Below the pieces are notes generated by a model. The model ran no database searches. It had not been told where the DNA came from and worked only from the letters and a program-made list of their open reading frames with translations. A stretch of 64,000 bases of DNA, taken from the NCBI GenBank assembly GCA_951406725.2, contig OX597822.1, positions 88,598,001-88,662,000 on the forward strand, given 5' to 3'. Numbering within the stretch: position 1 is the stretch's first letter; the number at the start of each line of letters is the position of its first letter. This document shows, piece by piece, positions 55,267 to 64,000 of this stretch. Source of the stretch: Octopus vulgaris (Eukaryota). The translations under genes and the position numbers were made by a program.

Positions 55267-56762
55267 TATTGCTTCTCAAAGTTTCAACATCCAGCAGCTG
55301 ACTTGGTAGAAGCCCGCAAGATTATCCACCATTTTCCAACCACTTTGGCCACTGTTTTTTATTTTTTTATCAATTCAATACTACTACCATTCATGGACAT
55401 AAAAATAAGACAAAAGAAAAAAACAGCACAACACCTATGACTTTCAAACATTCTATGCTTCCTGAAGTTCACTAAAACTACTCCTGATGTGTCTTTGCAA
55501 CCCTTTCTTTTTATGACTATCTTTCGTATTGTTTTGTGTGCAGTGCATGTACTTCATTGCTGCCTTTCATTATCTGACTTATAAGCATGCTTTCTGTTCC
55601 CTACCCTCATTTAACCTTTTCTGATGAGTTGCAGTGTACCTGAGCATTGTATACAATGAAACAATGTTGCAGCCATGAGCATATATCCATCCTTATGTGC
55701 CTCTGACCTCATTCCCTCTCCCACACCTCACATCATTTCCTTATATCTCATCTATCAATGATTATATCTGCTTTCTACACACAGTCTTTTTTATGTATTA
55801 CCTCAATCATTTCCTCCTTCCAGACCCACTTACTTTCTCCAAACTGAGATTCACCATTGTCCATATCTTCATTCATGTTCACCATTCATTGCATTCACTT
55901 CTATCCTCATCTCTACCATCTGTCACTCTCCTTTCACATTCTCATGAACCTACCCTCTCAGTACCTAATCTCTCTTTATCCACCCTCTTATATCTTCAGG
56001 GTATGCCCTGATACCTCATCTCCACCATCCTTTCTTCCTTTTCTGCTGGAACAGCCATGTATCTCCTCTGCAACAAAACACTTGTCCCTGTCTCTCTATT
56101 ATATTTTAGCTTCTCAACACCTGGCACAAAGCCTTAATACTAAACCCCAACTTTATCAAAGGATCTAGCCTTTCAAGTTACTTGGTGACCTCAGTAGTGC
56201 TGGTGCCACAAAAAAAGCAACACTACACTATGTCAAGTGGTTGGCATTAGGAAGGGTATCCAGCCAAAGAAACCTTGCCAAAGCAGAGCCTAACACAGTT
56301 CTCTGACTCATCAGATTCTGTCAAACCGTCCTTCTATGATAGCATGGCATACAGATGTTAAATGATAATGATGAGGATTACTATCTTTAGTGAAAATACT
56401 TGAAAATATAAAGTGCAAATAAACATTGAGTTTTCAAACTTTAAAGAATCCCCACCACCACTACTAACACATCTTCTCAGGGCCTGAAAGCAGTCTTGTT
56501 CCAAGTCATGGCAATGAATTTGTGTGCCGAGGTACATACTTGTTTAAACCTTATCTAGTAGCTTCAGTTAGTATCATCAGTAGTTTGGGAGGAACTGATG
56601 GGCAAATGAATTGTTAAATAACAGTGAAATTTATTGGTTTGATCTCCATCTTAAGAAATGGCTCCTGTGGTGCTTCAGCATTGAATACAAATGAACATGA
56701 TCAATATATTTAAATATGAGTCTGAATACATATGGATATGAGTCTGTATATTTATATAGTTA

Positions 56763-59005
56763 CTAGCACTATGACCTGGCAACACCGGGTCATAGTGCTA
56801 GTGCATGCATATACAGCTACGTACGTGCACACATACACGCGAGTACTGTCCAAATCTCCGACCAATCACATACAGCTAGCTGGCATTCAATTGGCGTATC
56901 AAGTTTCGGGCATTTTGATTGGGTTTGGGATAGAGAATTCACAAAAAAAGTCACTTCTATTGATTTTTTAATGGCTTTGCAGGGTGACTGGGGAAATGTA
57001 AAGATGTGCACAACCACCCTTGGACGGTTTTGAATGACCATAGAAAGTGCGAGCCCTCTAACTGAAAAATTGTGGATTTGTATAAAGGACACACACGCAG
57101 ACATTTTGCCATCTCTTATTATAAAAGGCAGATTTTATCTGCCTCCCTTTGTCAGTTATAGAAATCTACAATATAGAATTTCTTCAATTACAATTTACCT
57201 AGCATTTTTAAGAGTAGAATGCATCGGGTCATGCCAGGTCCAGTTTTTAAAATTTAAACTCCAATTAAGCAAAATTTACAGAAAACTCACATTCTGGTGT
57301 GTATGTCAAATGCTTTTCTTAATGTGGTTTACACCACATGCACACGCACACACACAGTGTGCAACGAATAAAATGAAAGTAATTCACTGTGTGTGTGTTG
57401 ACAGGTAGACAATAGAATGCGATGGCGATGGCGATGTAATATTTGTTTCTGTCTATCACGCTGATAGATACATGAGTAAAATGTATGGCAAGCTAAGAGA
57501 TAAGAGTGAGTGAAAATGTTCTTGGAAGAGAGTAAATAGCGACAGAGTGATTTGAGGAAGACTAAACTGAAAGTATTTCTATAAAACGGATCACTCATGC
57601 TATCAACATAATTTCTCCCACTTTCTCTTTGCAAGTGTACCTTAAACCACTACTCAAAAAATAAAAAAACACAGCAAACAGAAACAAATAAATACATAAC
57701 GATTTACTCCTCACACAATTTCTTCAATTAGAGTTTACCTAAGATTTTTCAAAGTACTCCATTCGGTCATGCCATAACAAATTTCTTTCAATTTCACCCC
57801 CAATTAAGACAAAATTCAAGAAAACTCAATATTTTAACATTTCACTCCGAAAGCATTGATGTACATGTGTGCGTGCGTGAGTGTGTGTGTGTGTGTTGAT
57901 GGGTTGTGCGACACAGAAAGTGTGGTGTGTAAGTGAAGTGCTTTTGTTAGTGTGTGTAAAGAGACAGAGAGAGTGAAAGACAGAAATAACTGAACTTTTT
58001 TTATTCACTTTTTGTAGTGAGTGACTGAGAGAGAAAAGAGAGAGAGAGAGGTTATGTATGTATATATGTATGTATGGCTTCAGTGACACACACACACAAA
58101 AACACATACCTACGTACACCTAAAGCACGCACACACACACACACACAAGCGGAGCGCGAACTTCAAAATTTTGGTAGTATTAATTTGCGAGCGTACTTCT
58201 AAGCGCGCGTAATTGAAAGTTTTCACTATGATATCATCACGTGCGAAAAAATTCGAAGGGTTTTGAACAATTGAGATACAGATGTCACGCCTGTATTGAA
58301 ACCATTGCTAAGCTGCTGTAATTGCTTAATTAAGACTTTGTTTAAATTGAAAGGGGCAAATATATGACGAGGTTGAAAAAAAATACCCCAGAAAAAAAAA
58401 TGTACTGCTGGTATTTATATAATTCACTACTATTTTGCTACAATGTCATGAAAAAGAAAAAATTTAGGTATGTAAATCGAATTCGCCACCCCCTTTTCCC
58501 CGTTCGTGTTTGTGTAAAAAAAATTATTATTTAAGTTTTAAAAATTATTTACTTTGTTCAAAAAATATTAATATTAATTAATTTTCAAGAATTATTTAAT
58601 TTTATTCTGTAAAATAGTAATTAATTCATTTATCTGTAAATCCGAGAGGTTGTTACTCAGGCACCTAGAATGGTAACCTTCAACTAACACTATCTCCTCC
58701 GAGACCCTGCGGTGCAAGTTGACCAAAATTGAGAGTATGATAGAAGAAGGGTTGCTCTTCCTTCCGTAGAACATAAAATTCAAATCGGACCATGTTAACA
58801 CCAAAAATTATTTACATCAAAAAGATGCTTTTTTCTATGAAAATCTCTATTTTTTACGATTTTTTCACTGCTGTGTCGCCACTTTTCGGTGTATTTCGAC
58901 CAGAAAAATGTTCACAAAATTTTTACTTTTCAAAATTACAATTCCAGCGGGTCGAAACAAACCCGAGCAACGCCGGGCAATACTGCTAGTTTATATGTAT
59001 AGAGA
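56763..59005 (-). mobile_element. Short non-autonomous Helitron (~365 bp when reconstituted), split by a nested Helitron
   Basis: Minus-strand A|TCTCTATACATATAAA 5' end at 59005; hairpin plus CTAG|T 3' end at 56763. Confidence 0.8.
57112..58989 (+). mobile_element. Non-autonomous Helitron, 1878 bp
   Basis: A|TCTCTTATTATAAAAGG 5' end; CCCGAGCAACGCCGGG hairpin plus CTAG|T 3' end; no target duplication. Confidence 0.88.
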
Positions 59006-59047
59006 TGAAATTATAGTTGCATGCCTGAAACCTATAAAGTTACTTAC

Positions 59048-59120
59048 ATTCAGAAGAATCAAGCTGGTCTTCAATTAATTCTGTGACCTCAACAGCTTCC
59101 AAATGATCTTCAGATACTGT
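59048..59120 (-). CDS. BLOC1S6: BLOC1S6 coding exon 2 (TVSEDHLEAVEVTELIEDQLDSSE)
   Basis: ttgcag acceptor, GTAAGT donor, phase 0 to 1 fits neighbours; open acidic frame. Confidence 0.72.
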
Positions 59121-59828
59121 CTGCAATTAAATAAAAATTGGTAAAACAAATCTATTCTTTTTTTATTTTTTGCTTCAGTCACAAATGTTTATTGAATAAG
59201 AGAGGTGCGAATTTTAAGAAGCAACTTGTTAGAATATACACATCTGTGAGAAGACACAAACAAGAATAGCAAAAATCTACTTAACCAAAAGAACTGGTAA
59301 TACATACATTATTCTGTTCTATGTTCTATGAAGAGAACATAAGATTGCTGCATAATTCAACATGAATGTGAAATGATATTAAACATCGTATAAGGTAAAT
59401 GAAGGTTTCTGTAGGAACGCTAAGTCATATTCACTTAGTGAGTTTACATATGCAAGGATGAATTATGATGTTGTTGTTGTTGTCGACATTAGATGCAGTA
59501 AGAGCTGATAGCGGCAATATCAGAGGTGTGGAGAAAGCAAGCAAATAGCCTCCTGGTGCAAATGCAAGCTAGACTCTCTAAGTGGAGAAAAACTGATCTA
59601 TTTAAGGAAATTGCAGGGCTCCATTGTGATAGGTAGAAACTCCAAGCAATGTAAAATATGTCCCAGACCATAATTACTAGCATGAACATCAAACTTCAAA
59701 AAGTAGTTAACCATTTAATGGTTTTAGTAATTTTATACAGAAAAAGTAAGCATTATACTTAAATTCTTTGAATACAGCATTTTTATAACAGTCATCACCA
59801 TCATTGCTTTAATGTCCACTTTACCATG

Positions 59829-61019
59829 TGTAGTGAACCCTGGCGGTCAAGCAGGAAAGCAAAACAAAAAAGGGATTTAATGAGAGTAATATCCCTCAAC
59901 CTTCGAGAACATTCTAGAAGCTTCTGGTTGATGTGGAAGTCAGGGAGTTTCAGTTCATCCCTTAGACAAGCATTGAGTCAGGCCACTCGCATACGCTCGC
60001 CTCATTTACATGGAGACATGGTTGCAAAAGATTATGTTCATGTGATGTTACAAGCTTTCTCAGAAAATCTCATTCCAGAACCTGACATACCACATACATT
60101 CACTCCTACACCAACACCACCACATACACCACAAACACAACATACCTCAAAATCTTATATCACAAGAAGTGGCAGAACAGTACATTGGCCACAAAAATTA
60201 TCCAGAACCATTTATATTTGTTACAAAACAAACTGTTTGCTATTTCTTTTACAAAGAATATTTATTCACAAACATTTTTCTCATGCATGTTTTACATTGT
60301 ATTTTCATTTTGCCATGTTTTGCATTTAGTTTGATGTGCATAGCTGTGTAGCTAAAGTTTTACTGCACCAAACTCTGCAATTATATTCAGTATCTATCAT
60401 GATGCATGTATTGATTTTTCTCCTATTTTACAACTTGTTTTGCAAGCACATGTTTCTGCAACCTCGTTTTGCTTCGTATCTGCCCCGGATCACTACAATG
60501 ATTTTGCTTATCGACTGCTCATCTGAGGAGGGAGTTATGTAGCAAACCCTGGTGGTCAAGCAGGAAAGCAAAATGAAAAAGGGATTTAACAAGAGTAATC
60601 TCCTTCGACCTTCTAGAAAGTTCTCAAACATTCTAGAAGCTTTTGGTTGACATGGAAGTCAGAGACTTCCAGTTCATCCCTTATATAAAGGAACACATCT
60701 CTAAATTCACGCCACTCATGCCTGCCAATTCTTAGACAAGCATTGAGTCAGGCCACTAGCATACACACCCGCATGTACATACATTCACCTCATTTACATG
60801 GAGACATGTGGTGGCAAAAGAACATGCTCATGTGATGTTACAAGCTTTTCCTTCAATTAACCTTATATGTTAACGAATTACATCCAGTAATAAATATGTT
60901 ATGACTTATTACAAACGTCTCACAAATTCTTATTTTCTTGTCATTACGTACAAGATGTTGACCCCTCTTTCGCTCATGCTTATTAAATTTTAGGATGTCA
61001 CTTAATCGACATCACTATA
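59829..61019 (+). mobile_element. Internally deleted Gypsy LTR retrotransposon
   Basis: Direct repeats starting TGTAG at 59829 and 60538; polypurine tract GAGGAGGGAG before the 3' LTR; ITRSGRTVHWP integrase-tail motif; end CACTATA (from CACTACA); CATG 4-bp target duplication. Confidence 0.82.
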
Positions 61020-61451
61020 CATGTTTTCATGGATCAGACAGAGTGTAAGGGAGATTTTCTATGGACAGATGCCCTTCCTATCGTCAATCCTCACCTGTTT
61101 CCAAACAACATAATATTTCCCCATGCCCAGATATGTTTTCACAAAATATTGGAAATGAGAAACTCATTCACACAATGTCAAGACTTGGAGACACAAACAC
61201 ACATAAACATATTTGTTTGTCATTTGACCGCAGCCATGCTGGGACACTGCCTTACAGGATTTTAGTTGAACAGATTGACCCCAGGACTTATTTTTTAAGC
61301 CTAGTACTTATTCTATCGGTCTCTTTTGCTGAACCACTAATTTACACACCAATACTTGTTGCCAAGCAGTGATAGGGGTGAAATACAGACACACATGTGT
61401 GTATATATATATATATCATCATCATCATCATCATCGTTTAGCGTCTGTTTT

Positions 61452-61493
<42 letters not shown>

Positions 61494-61677
61494 ATATATA
61501 TATAGTACAAAGTAAGATAGGGCTTATGAGGGTAACCCACTATGGGATATCAGTTGTCCAATATACTGTTAGTGAAGCACCCAAATGCCAAATACATAAA
61601 TGCTTATAATTGCAATGCAATTAATTCATTTATTGTATCGGATGAGCGAAGGTAAAATATTTTACCGTAAATTCATA

Positions 61678-61829
61678 ATACAAATAAGAAAATGGAGGAA
61701 CAAATTCATTTCAATCATCAACTTACAGATATTACCATTTCATATTATTTATTAATAAATAATATGAAATGGTAATATCTGTAAGTTGATGATTGAAATG
61801 AATTTGTTCCTCCATTTTCTTACTTGTAT
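61678..61829. repeat. 152-bp spacerless palindrome next to (TA)n
   Basis: Mirror about 61753/61754; one mismatch seen (61684/61823). Confidence 0.95.
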
Positions 61830-62103
61830 ATATACATATACATATATATATATATATATATGACAGGCTTTTTTCAGTTTCTGTCTACCAAATCCACTCA
61901 CAAGGCTTTGATCGGCCCAAGGCTATAGTAGGAAACACTTGCCCAAGGTGCCACACAATGGAACTGAACCCGGATAACCACACTACTCAAGCATCATCAT
62001 CATTATCATCATCATCATTATCATCATCATCAATAACACCAATTACAAAACCAATCTTAGTACTAGCAGTAAGGGCAATAGAAAGAAGGATAGTTCTCAT
62101 TAC

Positions 62104-62268
62104 CTCTTCATCATCTGTTCTGGTGGAAACAGTGCCAGCCTCACCATCTGCACTCATGGAAATGGCATCATCCTTGTCATCTGAAGTTATACAAGTGGTG
62201 TCATCTTCACTGTCTTTGCTTTTAGACTTGAAGTCTTTACTGTCATTGCAACTAGATGGTAAATCCAT
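62104..62268 (-). CDS. BLOC1S6: BLOC-1 subunit 6 (pallidin), probable first coding exon (MDLPSSCNDS...TDDEE)
   Basis: Exon 62319-62104 bounded by tttacag and GTAATG; in-frame TAA upstream makes ATG 62268 the start; phase 0 fits next exon; sequence is acidic and poorly conserved. Confidence 0.65.
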
Positions 62269-63191
62269 AGCTAGAGCTCTTGTAGTAGCTTCCCTGAGAA
62301 TCAATCTTTAAGCAAGGTACTGTAAATAAAAAAAAAGGATTAAATAATGTTTTTTTTTTTCTCTAGTCAGGATTCTTAACTTTCCAATATTTAGTCCATA
62401 TTTCCTGCTTTTTAATTATTTTAAATCTGAATAGAGTACATCATCTTATATCTTTATCAAACGTGAAACTTTATTAAATCATGTTGAGTCTGGAGAGAAT
62501 CATATTGTCTTAATGCCTTATCTACCCCACCCACTGATTCGATTTCCTCTCATTTATTATTTATATTTTTTCTTCCAAAATTTTCGTTGCTTTTGCAACC
62601 TTGTCAATGGATGCTGACTCTGTTATTGGAGCTGCATTCATTTTTGTCTGCTAGTGTATATACATATGTATGTGTGTGTGTATATGCATATATGTATGTT
62701 TGCATATGTGTACATATGTGTGTGTATGTATGTATGTATTCTGCAAATTCATGTGTTTGTGTGTGCATGTTTGTATGTATGTGTGTATTCAGGTCTCCTT
62801 GTGTGTGCAGGTTTGAATATATCTATGCATATGGATTTGAGTGACCATGTACATGCATCAATTATGTATGGATGTGGGTCGTCATATGTGTCTTTGTGTG
62901 TATGCATGTGTGTGGAGTGTGTGTGTATATGATCATGTGCTTCCATCTCCTTTTGTGTATGTATGTGTGTCTTGTCTGTCCATATTACCTATGCACCTAT
63001 CTATGCATTTATCCAAGCATCTGACAGACCTATCACTCAGACAAATACAAGAGTACATCCTCATAAATGAAACTATTTAGTATGGAACAAGTTTCATTTA
63101 TGAGGAAATATACATAGGAGGTAGTGATACCACAATATCCACAGAATATACATACATTTGCTAGTAGGCTGTTATGTAGGCATATATATAT

Positions 63192-63395
63192 TAATAGGGA
63201 AAGTCATTTTATGGGATTACCTTGGGTTTCCTGTCCATTAAGGGTTTAGCTTTTTGGAATATTGTGAAACCCCAAAACCTGCTGGCCTAAGACCTCTTCA
63301 ACCAACAGGTTTTGGGGTCTAACAATATGGCATAAAGCTAAACCCTTTATGGACAGGAAACCCAGGATAATCCCATAAACTGGCCTTCCCAATTA
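63192..63395. repeat. ~200-bp imperfect palindrome next to a short (TA)n
   Basis: TTTATGGGATTA..TGGGTTTCCTGTCCAT..AAGGGTTTAGCTTT mirrored on the right arm. Confidence 0.9.
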
Positions 63396-63459
63396 GAGTG
63401 TACTTCTTCTCCAGATTTACGTTTTCTACAAACTAAAGATATATATATTTATATATATA

Positions 63460-64000
63460 CAGGGATACCATGGCTTAAGTCGTTCTCAAAGATACGACAG
63501 TTTTCTAAAATAATATATGGCAAAATAAAAATCAAGTTAAGTTGTTTTACTCAACTTTACATCAGTCCGCCAATAATATTGGAATCATAAAAATGCTAAA
63601 AAACATTAAAAGCACATAAAATCATGTTACAATAAATAAAAATAAAAGCTTATACAATCCTATTAAAATACAGTAAATGCTAAAATACACATCATAAAGT
63701 AGTGCACCCTAAGTTCACTAAAGCATGAAATCAGCTGTATTGTCTTATTTATCTTTCAGAGCTCGTATTGAACTGGTAGCTCCAATATCTACCATAGGCA
63801 TCGTCCTGATTCCCACAATTGTATTGAATTCAGATTTGTTTGCATCTGTTTATCATTTAGATTCTCTCATTTACATCCATTTGCAACTTAAATTTTTGCC
63901 CCCATTCCTCCTAAGAAAACTCCTGGTGAAAGTGCTAAGTGTCATGCTATAACACTGGAGGATAAGTTGGTGATGATAAAACGCCATGGTTAAGATGAAA
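63460..64000 (+). mobile_element. Tigger/pogo-like transposon 5' end, runs off the window
   Basis: TA|CAGGGATACC start; PPKKTPGESAKCHAITLEDKLVMIKRHG resembles the Tigger/CENP-B helix-turn-helix N-terminus. Confidence 0.6.

Noticed and set aside
55621-55668. Hammerhead candidate CTGATGAG...GAAAC
   Set aside because: No credible stem I and weak stem II

Overview
AT-rich, microsatellite-dense eukaryotic DNA. The repeat families and intron style suggest a coleoid cephalopod, probably Octopus; this is inferred, not verified. Two convergent multi-exon vesicle-trafficking genes were assembled by hand with consistent splice phases. TRAPPC5 (+, 7 coding exons, 23222-37008, 186 aa) has a 4th intron with U12/minor-spliceosome signals. 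BLOC1S6/pallidin (-, 6 coding exons, 62268-39340, about 209 aa) ends 2.3 kb from it. The rest is layered mobile DNA: a decayed autonomous Helitron and several non-autonomous ones (one nested inside another), a Helentron-type HINE, a decayed Penelope-like element (RT + GIY-YIG), R4/Dong-like and RTE LINEs, Gypsy remnants, DD41D and mariner Tc1-type transposons, Merlin- and Tigger-like MITEs and many SINEs. The most unusual signal is a set of 150-230 bp (TA)n-adjacent palindromes with mostly unrelated sequences; one appears to derive from a repeat carrying a hammerhead-like motif. I cannot demonstrate a new protein-coding system here. The best candidates for novelty are RNA-structural and transposon-related.
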